The translations under genes were made by a program, and so were the position numbers. A stretch of DNA of 64,000 bases from Bdellovibrionota bacterium (GTDB lineage: Bacteria; Bdellovibrionota_C; UBA2361; JBIKUX01): NCBI GenBank assembly GCA_044347345.1, contig JBIKUX010000009.1, positions 1-64,000 on the forward strand, given 5' to 3'. The notes below the pieces were generated by a model. It worked only from the letters and a program-made list of their open reading frames with translations, did not search any database and had not been told where the DNA came from. Below, one piece after another: positions 39,648 to 49,324 of the stretch (positions within the stretch are counted from its first letter, which is position 1; each line of letters begins with the position of its first letter).

Positions 39648-39749
39648 GGCGTATTTAGCTCTTACAAGATAAGAGTTTTTAAAAAGAAACAAGGAGAAAA
39701 GGTGGCATACAAAAAGCAGGTGGTACCGAAATATTCAGATTTTAAAATA

Positions 39750-41084
39750 ATGTATAAAATTGTCTTTAGTGTAATACTAATAGCAAGTGCTACAATTATT
39801 TTAGCAAAAACATCTCATGCTCAGTCTGATACGACCATTGTTGTTTCAGACCCACAGAGACAAGTAGCTATAGCACTTCCAATTTTGTGCGTAGCAGGAG
39901 GCTCATCTACCGCTGAAGTTAAAATCCCCAAGGTCATTGCCAGAGATTTAGAACTTTCTGGTTATTTTAAGGTAATAGATCCCAGAAGCTATTTGGAGCC
40001 AGCAGGGACGTGTACACCTCCAGAAAGTCAGAAATATGAGGACTGGAGAGTTTTACGCAGCGAATGGTTAGTTAAGGGTCGAGTAGTTGGAAGTGGCTCT
40101 TCTGTTAAGTTGCAACTTTATCTTCATGATGTTCCTGGTGAACGGATAGCATTCGGGAAAGAGTATCAAGGAAGCGTGGGTGATATACCGCAAATAGCTC
40201 ATCGGTTTGCCAATGAAATTATGAGAATAGTTACCGGTGAATATGGTCCTTTTGGTAGTGAAATAGTTTTCTCTGGTCGGGTAGGGCGCTTTAAAGATCT
40301 GTTTATTATGGATATGGACGGAAATAATACGCGGCAGTTAACCAACGAGCGCGGATTAGCATTATCACCTCGATGGGATAAAAACGGGCGTCGCTTGCTT
40401 TATACTTCTTATCGGCGCCGAATACCTGATCTTTTCTTACTTGATGTAGCTAATCGTGGGACTTCACCCCTAACTTCCGGGCCAGCCTTAGAAGTTGGAG
40501 GAGTATTTTTGCCTAACGGTAATGTCGTAACCTCTGTTACTGAGCAAAGTGATTCAAGCTTGGTTGAGCTTACCCCCAGTGGTCAAATTGTTCGAACTTT
40601 AACTCCACGTAATAGGGCAATAGATGTATCGCCTACTTTGTCACCTGATGGTTCACGTATAGCATTTTGCTCTGACCGCGCTGGTGGGCCACAAATCTAC
40701 GTAATGCCAGTAAGTGGTGGTGAATCTAGGCGCATAAGCTTTGTGACTTCTAGATACTGCACTTCACCATCCTGGTCCCCTAAGGGAGACCGTATAGCGT
40801 TTGTGTGTCGAGCTGACGGCGGATTTCAGATGTTTGTATCCGGAGCTGATGGTCAAAATCCTATTCAACTAACTAGTGGCGGTGATAATGAAGACCCCTC
40901 TTGGTCGCCTGATGGTAGGTACCTTGCTTACGCAACTACTATGGGGGGCGGTGGCGTGAGAGGAGGCTTTAGTATAGCTATGATGAGAGTAGTGAGAGGC
41001 ATGGAAGGCAGTGCAATAAGTACTATTAGCACCCATCGTGGTGATGCTACTCAGCCTTCCTGGGGTCCTTTACCGGGTCAGTAG
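39750..41084 (+). CDS. tolB: Tol-Pal beta-propeller protein TolB
   Basis: Signal peptide from ATG 39750, DLELSGYF, AHRFANEI, PD40 repeats (SPDGSRIAFCSDR, PSWSPKG, PSWSPDG). Confidence 0.95.
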   Translation: MYKIVFSVILIASATIILAKTSHAQSDTTIVVSDPQRQVAIALPILCVAGGSSTAEVKIPKVIARDLELSGYFKVIDPRSYLEPAGTCTPPESQKYEDWRVLRSEWLVKGRVVGSGSSVKLQLYLHDVPGERIAFGKEYQGSVGDIPQIAHRFANEIMRIVTGEYGPFGSEIVFSGRVGRFKDLFIMDMDGNNTRQLTNERGLALSPRWDKNGRRLLYTSYRRRIPDLFLLDVANRGTSPLTSGPALEVGGVFLPNGNVVTSVTEQSDSSLVELTPSGQIVRTLTPRNRAIDVSPTLSPDGSRIAFCSDRAGGPQIYVMPVSGGESRRISFVTSRYCTSPSWSPKGDRIAFVCRADGGFQMFVSGADGQNPIQLTSGGDNEDPSWSPDGRYLAYATTMGGGGVRGGFSIAMMRVVRGMEGSAISTISTHRGDATQPSWGPLPGQ

Positions 41085-41229
41085 TACATAATTTTAATTT
41101 TTTTTGGCAAGTATTTGCATCCACTTAAAGTGAACATATTGCAAAGGAAGCCTTAGTGCTGTAGATACAACCCGTAATTGTGGGTTGCCCAAAAAATATT
41201 CAGGAATTTTTTTAGTGTTTGGAGGATTT

Positions 41230-41706
41230 ATGAAGGTCCATCGTTTAGGCGTAATTCTCGCTGCTAGTGTTTTTGCTGCAGCGTGTACTTGCCGACCACA
41301 CAAGAACATTTATGACGGTATGGGTCCGGGTGCAAAAGTTGAAGATAATATTAGTGACGCCGCTCAAGATGGTCTCCTAAAGGATGTCTACTTTGCTTTT
41401 GACTCATACGCTCTTACTGAGCAGTCAAAATCAGTTCTACGTAGCAATGCGGCGGCGATTAAGGAAAAGAGTCTCCGAGTGGAGATTGAAGGCCATTGTG
41501 ATGAGCGTGGTACAAATGAGTACAATATGGTGCTCGGTGCTAAGCGTGCAAGAGCTGCATTAGATTACTATGTCGCTCTTGGAGTTCCTACATCGTCTCT
41601 TTCAACCGTAAGTTACGGTGAAGAACTACCACTTGACCCAAGACACAGTGAAGATGCGTGGGCTAAGAACCGTCGCGCCCATTTCAAGGTTCTTGCTGGC
41701 AAGTAA
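41230..41706 (+). CDS. pal: Peptidoglycan-associated lipoprotein
   Basis: GGAGGA RBS before ATG 41230; lipobox-like FAAAC; YFAFDS, EGHCDERGTNEYNMVLGAKRA, VSYGEE, KNRRA. Confidence 0.96.
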   Translation: MKVHRLGVILAASVFAAACTCRPHKNIYDGMGPGAKVEDNISDAAQDGLLKDVYFAFDSYALTEQSKSVLRSNAAAIKEKSLRVEIEGHCDERGTNEYNMVLGAKRARAALDYYVALGVPTSSLSTVSYGEELPLDPRHSEDAWAKNRRAHFKVLAGK

Positions 41707-41865
41707 GCTAAGGTAGGGCACTGCGAGTTTACAGAGGCAAAAAAGCTTTCTGAGAGTCTTTATTAAGGTAAGGTAGCTCAGAGTTAAGGCTTTTTAGCCT
41801 GCCTAAGCTACTTTAAAGTCGCCTGATGTAGATTCGCGTGGAAGCATTATTAACTAGTAGTTCTA

Positions 41866-41902
41866 GGGGTCAGAAAAGCAGTTGTTTTTGACCCCGTTTT
41901 TT
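41866..41902 (+). terminator. Intrinsic terminator downstream of pal
   Basis: GGGGTCAGAAA / TTTTTGACCCC stem followed by G-TTTTTT. Confidence 0.75.
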
Positions 41903-41942
41903 AAGTTTTAGTTTTGAGGATTTATCCTATTTAGGTTTTGCT

Positions 41943-42656
41943 ATGGCTCCGAAATTGACCTTTTTAGTTGTTACATCAGCTGTACTAGTCGGTTGTACCG
42001 CTGAGTTACAGCGCGATGTAAGGATACTAAAGCGGGATCTTTCGCAAGTTAGGTCTATACAGGCCGAGCATCATGCACAACTCACTCAGATTCAGGAGGA
42101 GCAGAGTGCTCTGCTTGGACGAGTGGAAGAGATGGAGCATTCTCAGCGAACCAAGATAGACTCTGCCGTATCATCTCTCAGAAATGAAGTTGATACATTG
42201 ACTCGCAGGGTACCTCCGCCAAGTGGAGTGCCTGAAGATCTTCTAGATCAGGATGTAGTCATTGCAGGGTCGCTTGCACCAGAGATAGGTTCTCGCTTTC
42301 AGAAGGGTCTAGATCTAGTCAGAGTGGGCAAGTTTAACGAATCTGTGTCTGTTTTGCAGTCAGCGTTAGATGCAAGCGTAGGCATGGCTCACACAGCTCA
42401 GATATATTTCTGGCTTGGGGTTTGCTACCAGCAGTTAAGGGATTTTAAAAATGCTCTAAGAGCCTTTAATGAGGTGGTTACAGGCTACCCAAGTTCGGAG
42501 AGATTGCCTTCAGCTTTACTCAGACAAGCATTAGTTTTTAAGGATCTTGGGGATGTTACCACTTATGAGGTGACTTTGCGTAAGTTAATTAAAGATTTCC
42601 CTAGAAGCGCGGAATCAAGGAGGGCACAGTCTCTCTTGGGTAACAAAAACCGTTGA
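41943..42656 (+). CDS. cpoB: CpoB/YbgF-like TPR lipoprotein
   Basis: Lipobox LVGC, coiled coil, TPR motifs YFWLGVCY and PSALLRQA, ending FPRS; last gene of the tol-pal cluster. Confidence 0.85.
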   Translation: MAPKLTFLVVTSAVLVGCTAELQRDVRILKRDLSQVRSIQAEHHAQLTQIQEEQSALLGRVEEMEHSQRTKIDSAVSSLRNEVDTLTRRVPPPSGVPEDLLDQDVVIAGSLAPEIGSRFQKGLDLVRVGKFNESVSVLQSALDASVGMAHTAQIYFWLGVCYQQLRDFKNALRAFNEVVTGYPSSERLPSALLRQALVFKDLGDVTTYEVTLRKLIKDFPRSAESRRAQSLLGNKNR

Positions 42657-42769
42657 ATAATTCTTCAATGAGAGTTAGGGTCTCCAACCAATAAAAATAC
42701 TGACTTTCTGGGTTAATCAGTTGTTCTGCCGTTCTTTATAGCATTCAACCGAAAATTTTTTAGAGATTA

Positions 42770-43711
42770 GTGATTGCAAGTAATCTTATTGCTACGTTAG
42801 GCACCTTTGACGGGCTTCATACAGGTCACCAACTTATAGCTCATGAAGTTATCAAAGAGGCCTCAGAAAATGGGGGTATACCAATGCTCCTATCTTTTTA
42901 TCCACACCCAGCAAGCGTTGTAGCTAAACGAGATGGAGGGTATTTGAGGGTTCCTCGTCTCTGTAGACCTAGGCAGTTTACTTCTATTGTTAAGAAATTA
43001 GGAATTAGCAGGGTTGAGCTTTGTCATTTTACTCAGGCGCTGTCGTGCTTGAGCGGTGAGGAATTTATACGCAATATTATCTTGAACCGATACGGCATTG
43101 ACAGACTAATTGTCGGCGAAGATGCAGGAATTGGGCGCGCAAGATCAATGAGTGCAAAAGCACTTGTTTCGGCGATGCAACGATTTGGTAAAAGTGGCAG
43201 AATTGTCTCTTCGTTATGTGATAACGGGGAAAAAATTGGTTCACGGTTAATTAGATCGGCTATTGAAGGTGGAGAAGTTGAGCAAGTAAGTCATTTACTT
43301 GGAAGGCCTTACAGTATCCTCGGAAGAGTAGTTGCCGGTAGTGGGCGTGGTAAAGTGATTGGAATACCAACTGCAAATGTTGGAGATATTCGCCAATTAC
43401 TCCCTAAAATAGGCGTATATGGGGGAGTTGCTATGGTTGATGGGTGCGCTTACCGAGCCATGATCAACATTGGTGTGCGGCCAACTTTTTTTGAGAATAA
43501 CCCTAATGTTGTTGTTGAGGCTCATCTGCTTCAGTATTCGGGTAAAGAACAGTATGGATCTAGAATAGAAGTATGGTTTACCCATCGGTTAAGAATGGAA
43601 AAAAAATTTAATTCTATAGCTGATCTTACTAAGCAAATTCTTTTAGATAAAGAAATTGTCTCAAACCTTAGCATATCAATACCGAAATGTATAAAGTTTG
43701 CAGTTGAGTAA
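42770..43711 (+). CDS. ribF: Bifunctional riboflavin kinase/FAD synthetase
   Basis: GTFDGLHTGH, FYPHP, LLGRPY, GIPTAN, NIGVRPTF, VEAHL, LRMEKKF. Confidence 0.95.
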   Translation: MIASNLIATLGTFDGLHTGHQLIAHEVIKEASENGGIPMLLSFYPHPASVVAKRDGGYLRVPRLCRPRQFTSIVKKLGISRVELCHFTQALSCLSGEEFIRNIILNRYGIDRLIVGEDAGIGRARSMSAKALVSAMQRFGKSGRIVSSLCDNGEKIGSRLIRSAIEGGEVEQVSHLLGRPYSILGRVVAGSGRGKVIGIPTANVGDIRQLLPKIGVYGGVAMVDGCAYRAMINIGVRPTFFENNPNVVVEAHLLQYSGKEQYGSRIEVWFTHRLRMEKKFNSIADLTKQILLDKEIVSNLSISIPKCIKFAVE

Positions 43712-43747
43712 GTCGGTAGTGGCCTAATCCTTCGTCTCACGAAAGTC

Positions 43748-44911
43748 ATGAATAGCTCTAAAGTTTCTCCGTATACATTCAAATTTTTATCAAATGAAGA
43801 GGATGCTTCCTCGGGCGGTGATTGGCGCTTAGATAGTTGGCTTACTAAAAAAGTTAATCAGGAATTATTATTAGAAAAGGATGGGAGAGTGCAGGTGTCT
43901 CGCTCTGCTATTCGAGAGCGCATTCTGTGCGGTGCTGTAGCAGTTAACGGTATAATTATAAGTAAGCCAGGTGTTAGACTACAGAGTGGAGATATCATAA
44001 TTTTTGATTTTTCCATTACCGTACCAGAAACACCACTCGCCCCGTATGAATTTCCACTAAATATCTTACACGAAGATAATGCAGTGTTAGTGATTGATAA
44101 ACCATCTGGGCTTGCTGTTCATCCTGGCAGTGGCACCGGATCATTGACTCTTATAAATGCAATTATTGCTCATGGACGAAAGAACGGGTGGGATCCTACG
44201 GTAAATTTTAATGCGTCTGACAGTTCCGGTGAGTTAGCACAGTCTCTGAATTATAACTCCCATAATTCGATTAATAGAACAATTATAAGAGATAATAACT
44301 CTAATTCTTATCGGCCAGGTATAGTGCACCGACTTGATAAGGATACTTCAGGAATAATAGTTGTAGCAAAAACTAGATATGCTCATGATAAATTATCTAA
44401 ACAGTTTCATGACCGAACTATTCAGCGTAAATACGTAGCTTTGGCGTTAATCATGCCAAGACGTCTTACTCCTTTGTCTTCCACTGATCTTGGTAAAATA
44501 GAATTACCTATAGGGCGCGATCCTCATCAACGTACGCTTATGAAAATTAATGGAATAGGGAGTCGCCGAGCAGTAACTCATTTTGAGGTAGAAAAACGCT
44601 TACCATTTTGCGCGCTTTTATCACTTCGCTTAGAAACTGGTAGAACTCATCAGATAAGAGTGCACTGTGCTGCAGTCGGTTGTCCACTTATTGGAGATCC
44701 AATTTATGGCGAAGATCATCTTTTACCTCCTGTTCTTCAACGAGCCTCTAAGGAGTTAGGGCGCCAAGCTCTTCATGCTACTCAGCTAGGATTTTATCAT
44801 CCAGACAATAATAAATTTCTGTTATTTAATTCGCCTTTTCCTGAGGATTTTAATCAAATTTACTCTGTTTTTAACAATGAGATCGCAAGAAAAAATCATG
44901 AAAATTGTTAA
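43748..44911 (+). CDS. rluD: RluA/RluD-family 23S rRNA pseudouridine synthase
   Basis: S4 domain RLD, IDKPSGLAVHP, RPGIVHRLDKDTSG, LETGRTHQIRVH, GDPIYG, RQALHA; pgeF downstream. Confidence 0.93.
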   Translation: MNSSKVSPYTFKFLSNEEDASSGGDWRLDSWLTKKVNQELLLEKDGRVQVSRSAIRERILCGAVAVNGIIISKPGVRLQSGDIIIFDFSITVPETPLAPYEFPLNILHEDNAVLVIDKPSGLAVHPGSGTGSLTLINAIIAHGRKNGWDPTVNFNASDSSGELAQSLNYNSHNSINRTIIRDNNSNSYRPGIVHRLDKDTSGIIVVAKTRYAHDKLSKQFHDRTIQRKYVALALIMPRRLTPLSSTDLGKIELPIGRDPHQRTLMKINGIGSRRAVTHFEVEKRLPFCALLSLRLETGRTHQIRVHCAAVGCPLIGDPIYGEDHLLPPVLQRASKELGRQALHATQLGFYHPDNNKFLLFNSPFPEDFNQIYSVFNNEIARKNHENC

Positions 44912-45650
44912 TAATTGGGATTGGCAAGAGAATAACGTATTAGTGTTTCGTCCTTGGCTAGATGAAGGTATTACTCACGGTATCACCGGAATAGTTCCTT
45001 TTAGGGAAACTTATTTGAGCATTGCAGATTATGCCCGCCTATTTTCGAGTTGGTATCCTGATACCTCACTACTAATAAGCCATCAGGTTCATGGTTCTAT
45101 TATCTTAGAGATATCCAAAGACACTCCAATCACTGAATATCTCTCTATTGTAGGAGAAGGAGATGCAATCATCGCACCTCGAATAAATGATACTTCTTCA
45201 AACCAAAGGAGAGCAATAGCTGTACAAACTGCCGATTGTGCCCCTATTTTAATTGTCACTGAACTTGACGTAGCTGTGGTACATGCTGGTTGGCGAGGAT
45301 TAGCCTCTGGTATTATAAAAAAAACCGTACAGAAACTTTTTAGTAGAGGTGGAAAAGTATGTAGAGCTGTGGTTGGTCCAGCCGCCACAACCAAATTTTA
45401 TGAGGTAGGATCTGAAGTAATTGAAGCTATTGGAACCACCGCTGAAGCGATCAAGAAAAACGATACCCAATGGTTTCTTGATGTCGGACGTACAGCGTTA
45501 AACCAATGTATTTTAGCATTAGGGTCTACCGGAGAAGGTCATTTAGCAAATATTTGTACTATTGAAGATTTACGATTTTATTCTTATCGCCGGTCGATGA
45601 AAACTAATACTCCACTTCAGGGGAGAAATGTTTCATTTATTTTTTGTTAA
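44898..45650 (+). CDS. pgeF: PgeF/YfiH polyphenol-oxidase-like purine nucleoside phosphorylase
   Basis: QVHG, GDA, TADCAPIL, HAGWRG, YEVG, CT...FYSYRR. Confidence 0.9.
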   Translation: MKIVNNWDWQENNVLVFRPWLDEGITHGITGIVPFRETYLSIADYARLFSSWYPDTSLLISHQVHGSIILEISKDTPITEYLSIVGEGDAIIAPRINDTSSNQRRAIAVQTADCAPILIVTELDVAVVHAGWRGLASGIIKKTVQKLFSRGGKVCRAVVGPAATTKFYEVGSEVIEAIGTTAEAIKKNDTQWFLDVGRTALNQCILALGSTGEGHLANICTIEDLRFYSYRRSMKTNTPLQGRNVSFIFC

Positions 45651-45679
45651 ACTATAAATAAGTCCAATAATTTTGTTAA

Positions 45680-46471
45680 ATGATTAGGGATAAATGTTTT
45701 TCATCTATAACATTGGATAAGTCTCTTGGTTTTGGCCATTTTACCTCATTTTTAATTGAACAAGATGCTTTTAATCAGCACTATGTGCGAGGTTTAAATT
45801 TACATTTTGCAAGATTACTGCGAGCGTCAAAAACACTTACTATTTTCTGTCCATCGTTAGAAGAAATAATTGAGCAATTAAAAGTTATTATTGCTACTAA
45901 TAATGAATCCACTGATGATAATGATAAGTTATCGCAAGCATTGTCTCTAAGGGTTAAGATTACAGTATGGCAAGACGGATGGAATATTTCAAAGCAATCT
46001 TATAATCCACATAACCCGACAGCTTTTAGGTTGGTTATGGTTGAAGGCGGAAGACCATTACCTGAATTAAAAAGTTGTTCAAGTTTTGTATCAGTTCTTG
46101 CACAGCAGTTTGCTGACAAATCTGGCTATAATACTGCTCTTTTAATGCAAGGTTCAGAAGTTTTAGAAGCAGCTTGGGGCAATATTATTTGGATATCAAA
46201 AAAAGCTGGAAAGCTTATGTATAGGACTGAGGGCGTTTTATCTGGAGTAGCTCAAACACTTATTACCCAAAACTTCCCTCACGAAGTAATAGATTGTAAG
46301 TTTTCCCTTAACGATCTTTATGAAAATGCTTCAGCCGTATTTTTCTGTAATGCTGTCAGAGGAGTAATTCCTGTAGCTCAAATTAATGAATGGAATGTTC
46401 CTCAATGCGATAGGTATTTTGTTGAAATTAATAAAGTATGGCAGGAGTCAGAGGTTATTAGGATTTCCTAG
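45680..46471 (+). CDS. Divergent class IV aminotransferase (PabC-like)
   Basis: LHFARL, ELKSCS (PLP Lys), VLEAAWGNI, VLSGVAQ, CNAVRGVIPV. Confidence 0.75.
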   Translation: MIRDKCFSSITLDKSLGFGHFTSFLIEQDAFNQHYVRGLNLHFARLLRASKTLTIFCPSLEEIIEQLKVIIATNNESTDDNDKLSQALSLRVKITVWQDGWNISKQSYNPHNPTAFRLVMVEGGRPLPELKSCSSFVSVLAQQFADKSGYNTALLMQGSEVLEAAWGNIIWISKKAGKLMYRTEGVLSGVAQTLITQNFPHEVIDCKFSLNDLYENASAVFFCNAVRGVIPVAQINEWNVPQCDRYFVEINKVWQESEVIRIS

Positions 46472-46472
46472 A

Positions 46473-47903
46473 TTAGGGTGCTAATAGGCCTCCAAGAAGT
46501 GCAGAAATCGAGTTTTGTTGTTGTTGTAGTTTGCCAAACAAACCTTCAAGTTTTGAAAATCTATTAAGCATACTTTGCTCTTGTTTGGATATTGAAGACA
46601 ATACGTCACTTATTTTGTACGAATTTTGTTGAATACTTTCGCTGTTGGTGTTTATTTGTCTTTCTATTGTTCCGTTAAATCTTGTTGCAATTGATATAAC
46701 TCCAGTTGATATATTAGAGAGAGACTCACTTATCTGTTCAAAAAGTTTTTGAACTGCTGATGAGTCTTTTGCTAAAGCATTCTCAGCATCTGTTTTATTA
46801 AATACCAGAGTACCATCACGATTTTTTGAGGTTACCCCGATATCAGCAAGAATTCTCACACTTCCTGAACTTTGTGACGTACTGTTCGTAAATACCCCAC
46901 GTATTTGGCTGAGCAAAGTGTTGTCAATTTGCGTATTCGATAACGATCCAAATGTATTTATTATTTCCCCGTTTTCGTCTGATGTGGAAGTAATACTATT
47001 ATTACTGTTTATAAAAGTAACGAGATCGTTATATGCAGTTACAAATGATTCTATTTTACTCGATGTACCAGTTATATCAGACGCTATAGATATATTACTG
47101 GTGCCAGTTGCACTAAGCTGAAGCGTTACTCCTGGAAGTAAGTCTGATATACTATTTGAAGAACGTGAAATAGTACCGCTTAATCCCGATATTGATAGCG
47201 AAGCGTTTGTAGCTTGAGATAAAGTATTTGCAGTAAATGCTCCAGAACCAGCACTAGATATTTCCGAACCTACACCGACAGACAACGACCCTGACTCTGT
47301 ACCAGAGTTTTTTGATGAAATTAAGACAGCATAAGACGGGTCACCACTAGTTCCTACATTTATAAGTTCAGCTCTAGCAGAAGTAGATGCGGAATTAAAA
47401 GAGGAAATAAAATTATCCACCGTGGTAGTATTTGAAAGCACTACTGAGACGGTTTCGCTTGATTGTCCAATGCCTACGTTAAAAGTAACAGTGCGTGAAG
47501 CTTCTGATGCGTTGTTGTTTATGCTACTATTTATTACAGATGTAGCACTGGCAAATCTGTCGGAAAAAGATACAGAAGCATTTTTTGCGAGAGAAGTTAC
47601 ATTAATGGAGTAAGATCCAGATTGAGCTGCCGTTGAAGCTGAAACTGAGAGAACTGATTCATTAGATGAAGAAGAAGTTTTATTTACTCCCCCACCGTTT
47701 AGAACACGAAATTTTTGAGATACCGCATCAAAAGCCTTTAGTTTTTTGTTAAGTTCATTGAGACTTTTACTTTGATCACTTAATTCGGTATTTCTCCTTT
47801 CAATTGGCGCCACTCTAAGGGCTTTTTGTTGTTCAATCGTTGCCTTAATAATTGCAGATGAATCTAGTCCAGAAACAATTCCTGAAAAATTTATTGGCGC
47901 CAT
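46473..47903 (-). CDS. fliD: Flagellar filament cap protein FliD (copy 1)
   Basis: INFSGIVSGLDSSAII, GSYSINVTSLA, SNSISDLLPGVTLQL, FVTAYNDL, LADIGV, RFSKLEGL...QQQ. Start 47903 by alignment with copy 2; an in-frame ATG also exists at 47933. Confidence 0.93.
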   Translation of the reverse strand: MAPINFSGIVSGLDSSAIIKATIEQQKALRVAPIERRNTELSDQSKSLNELNKKLKAFDAVSQKFRVLNGGGVNKTSSSSNESVLSVSASTAAQSGSYSINVTSLAKNASVSFSDRFASATSVINSSINNNASEASRTVTFNVGIGQSSETVSVVLSNTTTVDNFISSFNSASTSARAELINVGTSGDPSYAVLISSKNSGTESGSLSVGVGSEISSAGSGAFTANTLSQATNASLSISGLSGTISRSSNSISDLLPGVTLQLSATGTSNISIASDITGTSSKIESFVTAYNDLVTFINSNNSITSTSDENGEIINTFGSLSNTQIDNTLLSQIRGVFTNSTSQSSGSVRILADIGVTSKNRDGTLVFNKTDAENALAKDSSAVQKLFEQISESLSNISTGVISIATRFNGTIERQINTNSESIQQNSYKISDVLSSISKQEQSMLNRFSKLEGLFGKLQQQQNSISALLGGLLAP

Positions 47904-47960
47904 ACCTAACCGTACCGTACTGTACTGTATCATGCCTTACCTAAACTCCCTCCGTTTAGG
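47900..47960 (-). repeat. Pentanucleotide tandem tract and GGA-loop hairpin at the fliD copy 1 start
   Basis: Minus strand TACAG TACAG TACGG TACGG TTAGG TATGG (47929-47900); hairpin CCTAAAC-GGAGGGA-GTTTAGG (47960-47940). Confidence 0.8.
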
Positions 47961-48091
47961 GGAGCTAAGTTTTTTTTGTAAAAGAACTATTGGAAGTTAT
48001 GGTCGACAACAAAAGAGAAATAAGTTAGATTTCGTAGCTTACTTGCTTAGAGCATTTTAAAAAACAAGCTTTGGTTCTGCTATGAAAACTG

Positions 48092-49270
48092 ATGAAACAA
48101 AAAAAAACACTTGGTATTGATACCTTAGCTGTCCATGGCTTATCAGACAAGGCCGAAGTAGGTAAACCTAGTGGCATAACAGTTCCTTTTTCATGCTCTT
48201 GGGTACTTCCGCCTTCAGGTGATGGTGGGTTAAGTCACGACTACGGGCGCGTTGGAACCGAGCTCACTCTCAGACTAGAAGATCAGGTTTCTGCTCTTGA
48301 GGAAGGCAAATTCTGTGTTGTGTTTTCCTCAGGAATAACTGCATTAAATGCAGTTCTACTTACCCTTCAGCAGGGTGACTCAGTTGTATGCCAAAGTGTT
48401 TGTTACGGTAATACGATAAGACTACTCAGGGCTTGGGAAAAATTTGGTATACGTACTCATTTTTTAGATTTAACTGACAGTAAGTCTACAAACTCAATTG
48501 CCCAAATTCGTCCGGCACTTGTCATGATTGAGTCTCCGAGCAATCCGTTATTGGATATCATCTCAATTAAAAAAGTGTCAGATACAGCTCACAGCGTAGG
48601 GGCAAAAGTTTTAGTTGATAATTCATGTGCTACTTCATGGAACCAAAAGCCTTTAACTCTTGGAGCTGATCTATCAGTAGTTAGTTTAACTAAGTACTAC
48701 AATGGCCACTCAACCGGAATGGGTGGAGCTGTAATTGTAAATGATCAAGATCTATACGATTCTTTGCTTATAAGCCGTAAAACTTTTGGTCTTCAACCTG
48801 GAAGCATGGAGTGTGCTTTTACTATCCAAGGCATTCAGACATTACCGATTCGTATGGAACGAATCGGTAATTCTGCTCTTCAAATTGCAAAGTTTTTAGA
48901 TGAGCATCCAAAAATAAGTAAAGTATATTACCCATATTTATCGTCTCACCCTCAGTATAATCTTGCCTTAGAACAGATGAGATCAGGTAGTGGCGTTATA
49001 TCAATTGAGCTGTCCGGCACTAGAGATTCAATTGATACTTTTACGGATAATTTGGCTCCGCTTTTTTCACGAGCGCACAGTTTCGGTAGTGTAAAATCTC
49101 AGGTCAGTGTACCAGCAAAGATGTCTCATGCTGCCGTAGATTCCGATGAACTAGCAAACATAGGGGTCAGTTCTAATTTAATTAGATTATCTATCGGTCT
49201 TGAAGATCCATTCGACTTGATATCAACTTTAAGTGATGCATTATCCTTAATACCTGATGCCACTAAGTAG
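48092..49270 (+). CDS. Cys/Met metabolism PLP enzyme (cystathionine gamma-lyase/synthase family)
   Basis: DYGR, FSSG, CYGNT, IESPSNP, VDNS, SLTKYYNGHS (PLP Lys), SFGSVKS, MSH, IRLSIGLED. Confidence 0.92.
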   Translation: MKQKKTLGIDTLAVHGLSDKAEVGKPSGITVPFSCSWVLPPSGDGGLSHDYGRVGTELTLRLEDQVSALEEGKFCVVFSSGITALNAVLLTLQQGDSVVCQSVCYGNTIRLLRAWEKFGIRTHFLDLTDSKSTNSIAQIRPALVMIESPSNPLLDIISIKKVSDTAHSVGAKVLVDNSCATSWNQKPLTLGADLSVVSLTKYYNGHSTGMGGAVIVNDQDLYDSLLISRKTFGLQPGSMECAFTIQGIQTLPIRMERIGNSALQIAKFLDEHPKISKVYYPYLSSHPQYNLALEQMRSGSGVISIELSGTRDSIDTFTDNLAPLFSRAHSFGSVKSQVSVPAKMSHAAVDSDELANIGVSSNLIRLSIGLEDPFDLISTLSDALSLIPDATK

Positions 49271-49324
49271 TATTGGCATATTATTTTTTTGTTTTGTATC
49301 TTCTTTGCAGAAAAGTTTTTAATT

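Noticed and set aside
41105..41119. sigma54-like TGGCAAGTATTTGCA upstream of pal
   Set aside because: The GG-to-GC spacing is one base shorter than the strict -24/-12 requirement.
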